Source: Roseibacillus sp.
GTDB lineage: Bacteria > Verrucomicrobiota > Verrucomicrobiia > Verrucomicrobiales > Akkermansiaceae
Direction: 5' to 3'
Length of the DNA stretch: 64,000 bases
Assembly (NCBI GenBank): GCA_051251855.1
Contig: JBPOGI010000001.1
Location: 960,001-1,024,000 of the forward strand
Shown here: positions 1 to 10,076 of the stretch, piece by piece
Numbering within the stretch: the first letter of the stretch is position 1
Layout of the letters: every line of letters begins with the position of its first letter
Notes under the pieces: model-generated
What the model saw: only the letters and a program-made list of their open reading frames with translations
What the model was told of the DNA's origin: nothing
Database searches by the model: none
Translations under genes and position numbers: made by a program

Positions 1-2206
1 TGGTGCCGATCAGCACCTCGCCATCGGTGGACTCAAGGTCATAGGCGATTTGCATCTGCTGGGCAGGTTTCAAGGTAGGGATGGTAAGGATGACGGTCTC
101 GCGGTCTTCGCTCAATTCTGCAGCTGTTACTTCCACGCTGTCCTGTTTTTTGTGGCTTTTTTTCTCTTGCTCAAGAGCACTTTTCTCGGCTGCAAGGTCG
201 GGGTTGTCGATGGAGAACTGGCCGGAACCATACTGGGGCCCTCGAATGTATTTCCAACGCTTGATGGCGAAGGACTCGGGGTCGGTGGCGAGTTCTTCAT
301 CAAGCTCGCTATCGAATCGCAAGGTGAGCTTGTCGCCGGAAACGGACATGGCTTCAGGGAGTCCAAGGAGAGTGCCTTCGTTGTGGCGGATGCGCTGAAT
401 TCCGGATTCGGTGGCGGCATTGGATTGCCAGCCTCTCATCCCAGCCACATACATTGAACCGTCTTTGTGGAAGGCGGCACGTTGAGCTGAGGATGAAAGT
501 TTGATGGGCAGCTTAATGACCCCTCCTTGAATTTGGCCATTATCAAGCTGCTGTGTCAAAACGCGGTAGACAGTTGATTGACCGTAGGAAAGATGGAGGA
601 GTTCTCCGGGAGAGAGGCCAATCTTGGCCTGCTTGGGAACCCAGATTTGGCCGCCGCCCGAGTTATCGACATTCATGGGGAGATAGCAAAGAGGCTCGTG
701 GAACTCTTTCTCGAGGCCTTGTCGTGCTTGTTCAGTGCCGAGAAAGACAGGGCGTTGGTCTTTCGTGAAGTAGTTGATTTTGCAGCAGGGCTGCCAAGTG
801 CCTTCGTTTTCGCCGGTCGTGAGCTCGCCATTGGGACCGACTCCAATGCCACCAGGCGCGCGCAGCCCTGTGGCGACAACGGTTAGGTTTTTGCCGTCAG
901 GAGTGAGCTTCATGAAGGCTCCATTGTGATCGAGGATTTTGTCGAAGTTACGGCCACCTGGGCGGACGGGGGATGCCTTGGCAAAGTAGAAGTTGCCCTC
1001 GGAGTCGGTCTCGAGTCCGAAGGAGAACTCGTGGAAGTTGTCGGTGATGAGAACGTCGTAGTTGAAGACTTTATAATGATCGGCCTCGTTATCGTCGTTG
1101 AGGTCAATGACTTGCCAGATGCCATCGCGGCAGTTGAGGTGAATGACATCGTTAACGATCTTCAGTCCCAAGGGCTCGAAGAGACCTGCGGCGAAGCGCT
1201 TCCAAGTAAGGGTCTTGAATTCATTGAGCCCTGAGACGATCCAGACATCGCCACCCCACGTGCAGACTGCTGCGCGGTCGCCCTCGGAGAAGATGTCAAA
1301 ATCGGTGATGCGAACCTTGTTTTTGTAGGGGGACTGTTCGAGTTGAGGTGGGAGAGGAATCTGGTCGACAAGAAAGGCACCGTCACTGTTGCTAAGGGCT
1401 GCTGCCACTTCGAAGGTTTCGGGATAGATAGATGGTCCGCCTTCTGTTTGGCTATCGAGGCCAAGAATTCCGCTTCGCATCAGTTCGATGGCGCCACCTG
1501 GATAGTAATCGATTCCAATGATATCGGTGCTTTGCTTAGTGAGGTCCCAAACAATCCCGTCGTCTCCTTGAGTCATGGTGACCGTTCCCTTGGGTTTGGA
1601 CGACTCTTCGGAAGGGATGGTGGAAAGACGGGTGCGATAGGTGCCCTCATGGCCTTCGATATGGAGAATGCGTCTGATGTTTTCACCATCCATAACGACT
1701 TTTTCAAGGATTGGAGTCCCGTTAACCTTGTAGTCGAGAATAACTTCGTGCCCATGGCGGTAATAGCCTTTGAATTGCAAGTGCTCAAAATTCCCATGAC
1801 CAGGATGTTTTCGAGTGTCAGCAAAGGACCCTTCTGAGTCGGCCCAAGCTGGGCTGTTGGCGTTGTTAAAATAAGGAGACTCCTGATTGAGAATTTTGTT
1901 CTGGGTCCCATGTTTTCCGGCGAAGGGTGTGTTATCGAGTGAGACTCCCTTATTGGTAGCTGTGACGAGTTGCAAGGTCTCGGTATTGAAGACGGCGACC
2001 AAGTTTCGATTTTCGGGATCGGGATGGAGGAGAATCCCTTTGATTGCCGCATCGGAACGATATTCGCCCTGATAATAATCTCCCCAAGTTTGCGCAAAGG
2101 CTGGGCCAAAGTCCGCGTGGTCGAACCAAGTGCTTTTTTCCTTTTTCTTAGGGGCGGCAGATAGGGAAATAATTGAGAGAAAAAGAAATGAATAGAGAAC
2201 GTTCAT
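1..2206 (-). CDS. Secreted DUF6797-like PVC-family protein (3' end runs off the window; absent from the ORF track)
   Basis: Hand translation from ATG at 2206: MNVLYSFLFLSIISLSAAPKKKEKSTWFDHADFGPAF (signal peptide) ... LLHLSYGQS ... YVAGMRGWQSNA ... WKYIRGPQYGS ... DGEVLIGT. Both ends are in the same frame and the track shows no closed ORF in that frame. Family call is by recalled motifs. Confidence 0.75.
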   Translation of the reverse strand, partial: MNVLYSFLFLSIISLSAAPKKKEKSTWFDHADFGPAFAQTWGDYYQGEYRSDAAIKGILLHPDPENRNLVAVFNTETLQLVTATNKGVSLDNTPFAGKHGTQNKILNQESPYFNNANSPAWADSEGSFADTRKHPGHGNFEHLQFKGYYRHGHEVILDYKVNGTPILEKVVMDGENIRRILHIEGHEGTYRTRLSTIPSEESSKPKGTVTMTQGDDGIVWDLTKQSTDIIGIDYYPGGAIELMRSGILGLDSQTEGGPSIYPETFEVAAALSNSDGAFLVDQIPLPPQLEQSPYKNKVRITDFDIFSEGDRAAVCTWGGDVWIVSGLNEFKTLTWKRFAAGLFEPLGLKIVNDVIHLNCRDGIWQVIDLNDDNEADHYKVFNYDVLITDNFHEFSFGLETDSEGNFYFAKASPVRPGGRNFDKILDHNGAFMKLTPDGKNLTVVATGLRAPGGIGVGPNGELTTGENEGTWQPCCKINYFTKDQRPVFLGTEQARQGLEKEFHEPLCYLPMNVDNSGGGQIWVPKQAKIGLSPGELLHLSYGQSTVYRVLTQQLDNGQIQGGVIKLPIKLSSSAQRAAFHKDGSMYVAGMRGWQSNAATESGIQRIRHNEGTLLGLPEAMSVSGDKLTLRFDSELDEELATDPESFAIKRWKYIRGPQYGSGQFSIDNPDLAAEKSALEQEKKSHKKQDSVEVTAAELSEDRETVILTIPTLKPAQQMQIAYDLESTDGEVLIGT

Positions 2207-2350
2207 CAGTGGTAGATTCTGCATTTAAGACCTTCTCCTACGAAGTAAAACGGTAGAATATTCCGACTTTAACACTGGAAGTTCTAGAAAGCTGAATGAA
2301 AATGGGCTTGTTTCCGTCTCAAAGCAGTGTTCAAAGATACCAACTCCTCG

Positions 2351-3169
2351 ATGAAAAACCTGACTCTCCCCACGCTATTCGCCTTCAGCCTTTTGCAGAC
2401 TACTCCCCTTGTAGCCAATGAATTATCTGATTTAGTAAGACCGAATCTCGATGAACTTCGTGAGGCAGCAGAGGAGGAAAGGCTCAAAGAGGAGGCTCGC
2501 CTCAAGAGGTTGCAGGAAGAAGAGGAAGCCAAGCGTCTTGAGGAAGAAGCTCGTTTGGAAGCTATCGAAGCCGCGAAAAAGGATCCTCTTGTTGATCCTG
2601 AGAGCTTGAAGCTCGCAGGTGATACCGCTGGCAAAGAGTCTTACAAGATCGAGTCGGGTGGAACCCTGGGCGCGATTGCGTCAGACCGTTATGGAAGCTC
2701 ACAGTATTTTCCCATTGTGGAGCACTGGAATGGAGTGAACGCGACCAAAATTTTTGTGGGTCAAGTGATCAAGACCCCAAGTATCGCCACCATCATGAAG
2801 ATTAAGGGCAAGAATGTGCTCGCCCGTTATCCTGATGAAATGTCAGCGATGCTTCAATTACGAGAGGACTATCTCGTTCTTGAACCTCAGTTGCGAGCGG
2901 GTGGCGAAATGAGTGAGGAACTCAAGACGACGCTCACTGAGATGCATGCGACGGCAAAGAAGATTCATGCGGGCTTTCTAGTGAAGCGTCCCGGAGTCCA
3001 TGAGTATGCAAGTGGACTGTTGGCACAATGTAAGAATGTGGTGGACCAGTTTGCGGCCATGAAGAATGGAGACCTAGGAAACAAAAACTCTCGGATTACC
3101 CGAGTGCATACTTGCTTGGGATACGCGATGAGGAATGCGATGGTCTGGGGTGAAGAAGACTTTAAGTAA
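2351..3169 (+). CDS. Secreted LysM-domain protein with a Glu/Arg-rich coiled coil
   Basis: Signal peptide MKNLTLPTLFAFSLLQ; EEERLKEEARL coil; LysM-like YKIESGGTLGAIASDRYG...WNG...IFVGQVIKTP. Confidence 0.75.
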   Translation: MKNLTLPTLFAFSLLQTTPLVANELSDLVRPNLDELREAAEEERLKEEARLKRLQEEEEAKRLEEEARLEAIEAAKKDPLVDPESLKLAGDTAGKESYKIESGGTLGAIASDRYGSSQYFPIVEHWNGVNATKIFVGQVIKTPSIATIMKIKGKNVLARYPDEMSAMLQLREDYLVLEPQLRAGGEMSEELKTTLTEMHATAKKIHAGFLVKRPGVHEYASGLLAQCKNVVDQFAAMKNGDLGNKNSRITRVHTCLGYAMRNAMVWGEEDFK

Positions 3170-3222
3170 GGGGCTTGTCTCTTTCTTTTCACTCGTAGAG
3201 TGGGCTTCGGCCTTGAAGCTGA

Positions 3223-4050
3223 TCACTGTTTTAAGGAGAGAGCCACGGCTGATATGCCCTCAGAGCTTTTGAGCTCAGCGCCCTCTGGGTAGCGAGAGCT
3301 AAGATAGCCCAAAGCTGGATAACCATGCTCTGTCTTTTTGTTGGAAACTGACGTCACCTCGAGGAGCGTTTTTTCTTCACCAGGTATCGAGAAGGTAAGA
3401 GGTAGGTTGCTGGTAGGCTGGTCGAGAGAAAGGGGGATAAGCTTGCGATTGGTTTTTCCTGCCCGCTTCATTCGGGAGATGACTTCTTGGCCAAGGTAGC
3501 AACCTTTGTGAAAGGAAACAGCGAGGTCTTCGAGACCTGTTTCGGCCGGAAGAGAGCCCAAGAGGTCTATCGTTCGAGGTACTCCCTTGGCGATTCTCAG
3601 AGCTTCTTGGGTACTTTGAGAGGTGAGGTCCTTCGCCTGATTGGTAGCTTTCTCTACGGCGCTGGTGGCTTGATAGAGGTCGCGCCCGAAGGTCCCAAAG
3701 CGGTTCACGAGCCCGTCCGCGGCATCGCTTTGGGAGGGCTCATGGAGGAGGAGCCAGATTTCGCTTTCGTCGGTTAGCTCACAGTCGTCGGCGATGAGAT
3801 ACCGGTCCATGCGTGCAAGGACATCATCCGTGGAGCGGCCTTCAACGCTCAAGAGAAATCCCTCAGCATCACGATGGATGGTGCCATCAAAAAGAATACG
3901 CCCCTTGGCATCGCAGACGAAGGTATAGCGCGACTGGCCTTCTTTAATGCCGGTGACTTGTTGGGTCACTTGGCCATTGAGATAGCGTTCGGCATCGGGG
4001 CCGCGAAATCGCAGGTGGGTCAGACCGTGAAGAGGAATGAGGTCGCTCAT
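3223..4050 (-). CDS. ygfZ: Folate-binding YgfZ/GcvT-family protein
   Basis: GPDAERYLNGQVT and the signature KGCYLGQE. Confidence 0.9.
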   Translation of the reverse strand: MSDLIPLHGLTHLRFRGPDAERYLNGQVTQQVTGIKEGQSRYTFVCDAKGRILFDGTIHRDAEGFLLSVEGRSTDDVLARMDRYLIADDCELTDESEIWLLLHEPSQSDAADGLVNRFGTFGRDLYQATSAVEKATNQAKDLTSQSTQEALRIAKGVPRTIDLLGSLPAETGLEDLAVSFHKGCYLGQEVISRMKRAGKTNRKLIPLSLDQPTSNLPLTFSIPGEEKTLLEVTSVSNKKTEHGYPALGYLSSRYPEGAELKSSEGISAVALSLKQ

Positions 4051-5006
4051 TAGGAGTCCTTAAGATCGGGATTCATTTTTGCCAAGAGTCTTTGATTGAA
4101 CTCGTCGGCCATGTCATAGCCGAGTTTGCGCAGCTGTAGATCGAGGGCTGCGACGGAGACGAGTCGGGCGGTGTCTCGTCCGGGGGCCACGGGAATCTCG
4201 ACATTGGGCACTTTAAGTCCGAGAATTTCAAATTTCTTTCGTTTGATACCCAGTCGGTCGACTTCGTTGAGGTCCGCTTGTCCCTTAAGGGTGATAATCA
4301 TATCGAGTCTTTTGTGAGGGCGAATGGCCGAGAGCCCGTAGAGGTTGGCGACGTTGATGATGCCAATTCCACGCATCTCGATAAATCCTCTGGAAAGTTC
4401 TGGTGAGGAAGCGATGAGCTCTCCACCCAGTCCTTGGACATGAACCATGTCATCAGCGACTAAGGCGGCTCCTTTTTCTAGAAGTCCGATGGCTGTCTCG
4501 CTCTTACCGGCTCCAGACTTACCCATAATGAGGATACCAATACCGCGATAATCCACCATGACGCCGTGGATGGTGGTGGTTGGCGCAAAGTCGGTTTCAA
4601 GACAACGGGTTGCCTCATTGAGGAACTTCATTGTCACCATCGGAGAGGTAAAGATAGCTATTTTCTCTTCTTGCGCGGTCTGGATGAGCTCGGCAGGAAA
4701 AGGAAGGTCGCGTGCAAGAACCAAGCAGGGAGGCTTCTGTTTGCAGAAGGCTTGAAAGCGCTTGGCTCGGGTCTTGTCATCGAGCTTTTTAAGGTAAGAG
4801 ATTTCCGAATTTCCAAGAACTTGAATTCTTTTCTTTGCGAAATAGGTGAAGAAACCAGCGAGGGCGAGACCGGGTCGGTTGGGCGCAGGTTCTCGAATGA
4901 GTTCGTTAAATCCGCATTCCTCTCCAACAAGTGAAAGCTGAAGTTCCTCTTGATGTCGGGAGTAGAATTCTCCGACTGTAATGGATTTTACTATCTTTGC
5001 TTTCAC
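4050..5006 (-). CDS. hprK: HPr(Ser) kinase/phosphorylase
   Basis: NRPGLALAGF, Walker A GKSGAGKSE, LVADD, EMRGIGII, PVAPGRD; its stop overlaps the ygfZ start (TAATG). Confidence 0.95.
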   Translation of the reverse strand: MKAKIVKSITVGEFYSRHQEELQLSLVGEECGFNELIREPAPNRPGLALAGFFTYFAKKRIQVLGNSEISYLKKLDDKTRAKRFQAFCKQKPPCLVLARDLPFPAELIQTAQEEKIAIFTSPMVTMKFLNEATRCLETDFAPTTTIHGVMVDYRGIGILIMGKSGAGKSETAIGLLEKGAALVADDMVHVQGLGGELIASSPELSRGFIEMRGIGIINVANLYGLSAIRPHKRLDMIITLKGQADLNEVDRLGIKRKKFEILGLKVPNVEIPVAPGRDTARLVSVAALDLQLRKLGYDMADEFNQRLLAKMNPDLKDS

Positions 5007-5014
5007 ACCGAATT

Positions 5015-6067
5015 CTATTCCGGTGTCTGAAGGCTTGTCGAGGGTGGTTCCGAGTTGCGTTGCGCCTTTACCCGAACAATCTCGCGCTCGTAACCACGAC
5101 TGCTATCGACATAAGATTCTAAGATGCCGATTTTGCTGAGAAGGAGGGTGATGCCGAAGCTGATATCGAGCTCGTTTTTGGCGAAGCCAGACTTGGCGCT
5201 GGAACTAAAGCGGTGGTGATTGTCGTGCCACTCACTGGCAAGGATACCATAAATCCATTGGTTCACTGCAAGCGAATGAGTATCAAGTTTGGGCTGGTGC
5301 TCGCTTTCTTCGTCATGACCGCGAAAGTTGAAGTCGCGCATGATGAGCAAGAAGGTCACCGCTCCGAAGTAGAAGGCAGCTAAGAGGTCGGGGCGACCCA
5401 GAAGGAGAAACAACGAAATCCAAAAGGTATTGCAAACTAGAAATCGGGCGGGGTAACGCCATTCCTTTTCGAAGGAACCGGTCTCTCGGAAACGCTCAAT
5501 GGTGTTCCATTGGGAGGGAATGCGTGAGAGGAAGTTGAAGCAAAATCGGGCCTCTTTTTCCGACATTTGGCGGTTAAAAAAATTGGCAGACTCAGTGGCC
5601 GAGAAGCTTCCCCAATAGCCATTCCGAGGGCCATAAGGATCGCCCGGAGTGTCCGAAATCTTATGGTGCACAAAGTGGGGAATGACATAAGTCTCTTCCT
5701 TAATCATGAGAGGATTGAGCCAATAGATGACCTTAGCGGACCATGAGTGGCGAAATTTAAAGGCTCGGTGTGAACCGTAGCGATGATACCAGAAGGTGTG
5801 GAAGAAATGGGCATGCAGGAGAGCGAAACCGAGCCACCAAAGGATACCCGACCAGCTTAAGTAATCGCGAAAGAAGAAAAATGCGGCAACGAGTCCAAGA
5901 GCATGTTGGCTCAGCCAAATCCAAGTAGCGAAGGCTTCGCGGTTGCGAAAGATATTCACGGTATCGAGCCACTCGGGGAAAACATCACGAAAGGTCGGCT
6001 TTCGTTTAGCACGAATGACGGAGATATACTTGCGGGGCCGGAGGAGATTTTTGGCAAGCGAAGACAT
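5015..6067 (-). CDS. Membrane fatty-acid desaturase (acyl-CoA desaturase-like)
   Basis: His boxes HTFWYHRYGSH, HFVHHKISD and WHDNHH; several TM segments. Confidence 0.85.
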   Translation of the reverse strand: MSSLAKNLLRPRKYISVIRAKRKPTFRDVFPEWLDTVNIFRNREAFATWIWLSQHALGLVAAFFFFRDYLSWSGILWWLGFALLHAHFFHTFWYHRYGSHRAFKFRHSWSAKVIYWLNPLMIKEETYVIPHFVHHKISDTPGDPYGPRNGYWGSFSATESANFFNRQMSEKEARFCFNFLSRIPSQWNTIERFRETGSFEKEWRYPARFLVCNTFWISLFLLLGRPDLLAAFYFGAVTFLLIMRDFNFRGHDEESEHQPKLDTHSLAVNQWIYGILASEWHDNHHRFSSSAKSGFAKNELDISFGITLLLSKIGILESYVDSSRGYEREIVRVKAQRNSEPPSTSLQTPE

Positions 6068-6117
6068 TGGAGCAAGTTTTTGGGAACTTATCTTATCTAT
6101 CGAAAATTGCTAACCAT

Positions 6118-6150
6118 AAAAGCGAAGCCTCTTCTGAGACTTCGCCTTTT
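6118..6150 (-). terminator. Intrinsic terminator after fadL
   Basis: Minus strand GCGAAGTCTC-AGAA-GAGGCTTCGC followed by TTTT. Confidence 0.65.
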
Positions 6151-6174
6151 GAAAGTGCTTTGCGCAGGGCTTCT

Positions 6175-7479
6175 TTAGAAACTTCCACTCATGCCGAGGG
6201 CGAAGAGGTGGATGTTGCCTTCGCCGATACTGTCGGTTCCGATGAAGCCGCCGTCATTTTCTCCCAAGCTCACTTCATCAACCATGACAAAGGAGTAGCC
6301 TGCATCGATTTTCATGTTTTCGGTGACTGCATAGCTTGCACCCAAGCTCAACCAGATGCGATCTCCGTCGGGGATACGAAGAGTACGGAACTCGTCGTCC
6401 ACTGGGCTTTCATCATAAGCAATACCCGTGCGGAAGGTCCAAGAATCGTTATGCTGGTAGGTAGCACCGATCGAATATCGAAAGGCATCATTCCAGTTTT
6501 CGGGAGTGGCAAGAATAGGGTCCACTGGCACTGGAGCAAAGGGGTTGGCATTGACCACGCCCGTTTTGGGCTCAAGGGTTTCGAAAGAACTCCATTGCGT
6601 CCAGAGAATGTCTCCATGGAATGCCCACTTATCATTCACTTCATGATAGAGGCTCAACTCCACTGTGGCGGGCAGCTCCACGTCCAAGGTGCCATCATAG
6701 ACTCCATCTACATCAAAGACTCCACCGGGGACAAGAGTGTTGAAAGCGGGGGATAAGGTGACGTCGCCCTCCAGCTCGAGCTTCATCGAGGAACGGTAAT
6801 GAAGACCGATACGAGTGCGCTCTGAAAGCTCGTAGAGAAAGCCGATGTTGTATCCGAAGGCGATGTCATCTCCTTCCAAACCGAAAAGCCTTGCTCCCAT
6901 ACCTCCAGGTGCGAGAGAGGTAATCTCACCTTCCGCATACATAACATTAAAGCCTGCTCCAAGAGTGAGTTGATCATTGATTCGATAGGCAATCGAAGGA
7001 TTAAAATTAACGGTGGTGATTTCTGAATAGTCGGTGGCAACCAAGGCTGCGGTGGAGGTCTCGTAGTTAGTGCGCAGACCGAAAGTAGAAAAGAGACCAG
7101 CGCCGACGGCGACCTTGTCGTTGATACGCTTAGTTCCATAGACGTAGGGAACCCAAGCGGACTCGGCGATATCGTCGTCCTTCAGTGCAGGGCCTCCGTT
7201 GCCACCCGTCAGCGCGGGATAGAGGGTCGCGTTCGCACCTGGGTCGATATAAGTGATCCCTGCCGAAAAATTCCATTCACCACCGAGCATGATCATTGCC
7301 GCAGGGTTGGATGCGACGACGGAGGCGTCATCGGCAATGGCAGCTTCACCAGAGAAAGCGCGACCCAAGCCTGAAGCCGAGCGCTCCGCGAGTTGAAATC
7401 CAGCTCCCAATAATGAGGGGGTCATAAGAAGCGAGGTTACAAGAATCGGGCTGACAATTGGTTGGTGTGGAGTCTTCAT
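6175..7479 (-). CDS. fadL: Outer-membrane long-chain fatty acid transporter (FadL/OmpP1 family)
   Basis: AGFQLAERSASGLGRAFSGEAAIADDAS..NPAAM, RTLRIPDGDR, C-terminal Phe; start moved to MKTPHQ (7479). Confidence 0.92.
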   Translation of the reverse strand: MKTPHQPIVSPILVTSLLMTPSLLGAGFQLAERSASGLGRAFSGEAAIADDASVVASNPAAMIMLGGEWNFSAGITYIDPGANATLYPALTGGNGGPALKDDDIAESAWVPYVYGTKRINDKVAVGAGLFSTFGLRTNYETSTAALVATDYSEITTVNFNPSIAYRINDQLTLGAGFNVMYAEGEITSLAPGGMGARLFGLEGDDIAFGYNIGFLYELSERTRIGLHYRSSMKLELEGDVTLSPAFNTLVPGGVFDVDGVYDGTLDVELPATVELSLYHEVNDKWAFHGDILWTQWSSFETLEPKTGVVNANPFAPVPVDPILATPENWNDAFRYSIGATYQHNDSWTFRTGIAYDESPVDDEFRTLRIPDGDRIWLSLGASYAVTENMKIDAGYSFVMVDEVSLGENDGGFIGTDSIGEGNIHLFALGMSGSF

Positions 7480-7577
7480 TTGAGAAATGCGGAATATTAA
7501 CCGATTGGCTATATTGCCGACAATCGTCACTTGAGGTCAAGGGGTGAGACTGACCACGGTGTCAGCAGAAAAGTTTC

Positions 7578-7895
7578 TCAGGCAGCTAGAAAGTGCTGAA
7601 TGAGAATCCCCCCTGCTGTGAGAAGACCAAAGAGGGCATAAACCGAAGGTTTGCGTCGTAAACTGCGCCCTCCGTGTGCGAGAAGTCGTGACCACAACAC
7701 CAAAAGAAAAAAGAAGATAGTAACGAAAGCCGCTCCGGTGAGGAAGGGCTTGAATCCTCCGTTCACGAGCCAATGAACGAATTCGAGGAGAAAAAAACCT
7801 CCACCCAAAAGAATGATGGCACCGACGACTACTCTCAACGTGGCATCGAGTTGATGGTCAGGAGGGAGGGGGCGGCTTTCGTCCTCAGGAATCAC
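7578..7895 (-). CDS. Small 3-TM membrane protein, unknown function
   Basis: Three hydrophobic segments; GTG start preceded by a promoter-like motif. Confidence 0.6.
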   Translation of the reverse strand: MIPEDESRPLPPDHQLDATLRVVVGAIILLGGGFFLLEFVHWLVNGGFKPFLTGAAFVTIFFFLLVLWSRLLAHGGRSLRRKPSVYALFGLLTAGGILIQHFLAA

Positions 7896-7901
7896 AGAAG
7901 A

Positions 7902-7994
7902 AGTTTAGCCGCCATGAGTGATTCTGCAAATCGTAAAGGAAGAGAGAGCACTGGCGGGAATAGGCATTGCGAGAAGTCACTGGAAGGCTACGTT
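7902..7994. promoter_or_regulatory. Back-to-back sigma70-like promoters
   Basis: Plus: TTGCGA(7967)-N16-TACGTT-N6-ATG(8001). Minus: TTGCAG(7929)-N16-TAAACT-N6-GTG(7895). Confidence 0.55.
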
Positions 7995-8000
7995 CACAGC

Positions 8001-8495
8001 ATGATTGACATGCTGGTTCGGCTCTACGATTTGCCGGAAATGGAGCCGACTTATCAAAGAGTGGCTGGAGAGGGAATTATTTTGAGACGACCGAGTGTTT
8101 ATGAGAAGCACCTCGTAGCAAAGTGGGTAGGCGAGCACTTTTCGCCAAAGTGGGTGAGTGAGGTGGAAGTGGCGATGAGCCATCAACCGGTGAGCTGCTT
8201 CATTGCGACTAAGGACAAGGAGATTCTAGGGTTCGCCTGCTATGATACCACCTGCAAAGGCTACTTTGGTCCCACCGGAGTTGGCGAAGCGGCACGAGGA
8301 AAAGGGGTCGGGAAGGCTCTCCTCTTCAAAGCTCTCGAGGGGTTGCGTGACCTTGGTTATGCTTATGGTTTTATTGGAGGAGTCGGTCCTCGCGAATTCT
8401 ATGAGAAGGCATGTGGAGCAGTAGAAATCCCGGGAAGCGATCCTGGGATTTATCAGGACATTTTGCCCGAACCCCCAGCTCCTAACCCTAATTAG
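8001..8495 (+). CDS. GNAT-family N-acetyltransferase
   Basis: Acetyl-CoA-binding motif FGPTGVGEAARGKGVGKALL, FYEKACG; start at MIDMLV. Confidence 0.88.
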   Translation: MIDMLVRLYDLPEMEPTYQRVAGEGIILRRPSVYEKHLVAKWVGEHFSPKWVSEVEVAMSHQPVSCFIATKDKEILGFACYDTTCKGYFGPTGVGEAARGKGVGKALLFKALEGLRDLGYAYGFIGGVGPREFYEKACGAVEIPGSDPGIYQDILPEPPAPNPN

Positions 8496-8497
8496 AA

Positions 8498-9208
8498 ATG
8501 GGTAACGGAAAAGAAATTGCTCAAAGTGGGGGGCAAGACGCTGGTTACGTCAGGGAAGCCTTTGCCAAAATCGCGGATCGTTATGTAGTCACGAATCATG
8601 TGCTGAGTGCTGGCACTGATATCTTGTGGCGCCGCAAAGTGGCCCGAATGGTCAAGAACTGGGAACCTTCACGGATTCTCGATGTGGCAACAGGAACAGG
8701 CGATTTAGCTTTGGAAATGCAAAAGGTGAGCCCAAATGCCGAGATCGTAGCGACTGATTTTTGTGCGGAGATGTTAGCTCATGCGAGCCGACGTGGTATT
8801 GGGCAAACCCAAGTGGCTGATGCGCTCAATCTGCCGTTTGAGGATGGAACGTTTGACGCGGTGACTGTTGCCTTTGGACTTCGCAATATGGCCGACTGGG
8901 AGGCGGGGCTGCGTGAAATGGCACGGGTGTGTCAAGGGGGGCACCTGCTCGTTCTTGATTTTTCTCTACCCAAGGGGCCTTTGGGTCGTCCGTATGGTTT
9001 TTATCTCAATAAAGTGCTCCCAAAGGTTGCGGGGTTACTCACCGGACAAGGGCAGGCATTTGAGTATCTTGCGGGAACTATTGAGAAGTTTCCGAGCGGT
9101 TCAAAGATGGTAGAGCTGTTTGAGAAGAGTGGCTTCCGAGAAGTGAAAGCTCAGCCCCTGAGCGGAGGAATTGCATCCGTTTACACCGGTTTTTCTCCCA
9201 AGCCTTGA
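8498..9208 (+). CDS. ubiE: Ubiquinone/menaquinone biosynthesis C-methyltransferase (UbiE/MenG)
   Basis: IADRY..NHVLSAG.D..WR, LDVATGTGD, VAFGLRN. Confidence 0.9.
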   Translation: MGNGKEIAQSGGQDAGYVREAFAKIADRYVVTNHVLSAGTDILWRRKVARMVKNWEPSRILDVATGTGDLALEMQKVSPNAEIVATDFCAEMLAHASRRGIGQTQVADALNLPFEDGTFDAVTVAFGLRNMADWEAGLREMARVCQGGHLLVLDFSLPKGPLGRPYGFYLNKVLPKVAGLLTGQGQAFEYLAGTIEKFPSGSKMVELFEKSGFREVKAQPLSGGIASVYTGFSPKP

Positions 9209-9211
9209 GTG

Positions 9212-9982
9212 CTAATTTTCTTGAGCGAAATCTGCTCTCGTAATCGCGTGTTTACTAGCGCAACGAGGACATTGCACAGTGACTTGTTCGGCTCCATCAA
9301 AGAGTTCGTCCAGCTTATCTCTCCAGACAGCGAGGGCAGGCATGATTCGCTCGCGGTTACAGCCACAGAAGAAGTGAAAGGCGCGATTCTCTAAGGGGGA
9401 AAGTTCTTCGGTTTCCTCAAAGGCTGCTACCTTCTCACTGGTAAGGCTCTCAAACCACTCTTCGTCAAAGTCTGGTTGTGCAGCGAGGAGGACGAAGTTC
9501 TCGTCAGGGAGTTCGAAAATCTTCCCGGGCCGCTGTTCGGATTGTTTGTAGTAGTGGCTGAGCCAATCAAATGGTTGGTCAGTCTCCAACGCTACGGTCG
9601 AAAGCCGAGGCTGGCTCTCGGGCTCGGTAACTTGACTGTAGAGAAGGTTTTGAGGAGGCTCGCGAACATCTTCGGTGAAGATTCGGCCAACGATGTTTTC
9701 GTGGGTCGAGGACGCGGTGGCAAAAAAGTTAACGCGGGGGGCTCTCAAGTTGACGGTCCAAGCGTGGACTTCGGCCCAAGGACGAGCAACCGCATGGAGA
9801 GTCAGGGCGACGAGAAGTTCCTTGAGCTTGTGATCGAGCTCGGCTGGGTATTTGAGGTCGTGATCGGCGAGATGAAGGTAGTGATCCATGAAGATATCCG
9901 TAAAGTTAGCTCGAACCATTAAGGTGTTGCGATGACGGATGAAGATGGATTCGACGCGGGTGCGGTCGGACGCTATGGGCAT
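9212..9982 (-). CDS. Hsp33 (HslO)-like redox-regulated chaperone, divergent
   Basis: HYYKQSEQ and C-terminal Zn motif FFCGC...CPRC. Confidence 0.75.
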   Translation of the reverse strand: MPIASDRTRVESIFIRHRNTLMVRANFTDIFMDHYLHLADHDLKYPAELDHKLKELLVALTLHAVARPWAEVHAWTVNLRAPRVNFFATASSTHENIVGRIFTEDVREPPQNLLYSQVTEPESQPRLSTVALETDQPFDWLSHYYKQSEQRPGKIFELPDENFVLLAAQPDFDEEWFESLTSEKVAAFEETEELSPLENRAFHFFCGCNRERIMPALAVWRDKLDELFDGAEQVTVQCPRCASKHAITRADFAQEN

Positions 9983-10076
9983 GGGGGTAGTGGGATGAAT
10001 GGGAGGCCCTGAGTCAAGAATCAAGACGTTGAATTGTCTGGTTTTAAGAATCTGATGGGAGCAACGTATCCGGAAT

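Noticed and set aside
6067..6756. 229-aa plus-strand ORF
   Set aside because: Antisense to fadL; no motif.
7773..8000. 76-aa N-terminal extension of the GNAT ORF (likewise 23679-23882 of DUF1501 and 58980-59021 of SulP)
   Set aside because: The extensions overlap neighbouring genes, promoters or the hairpin; family-like sequence begins at the downstream starts.
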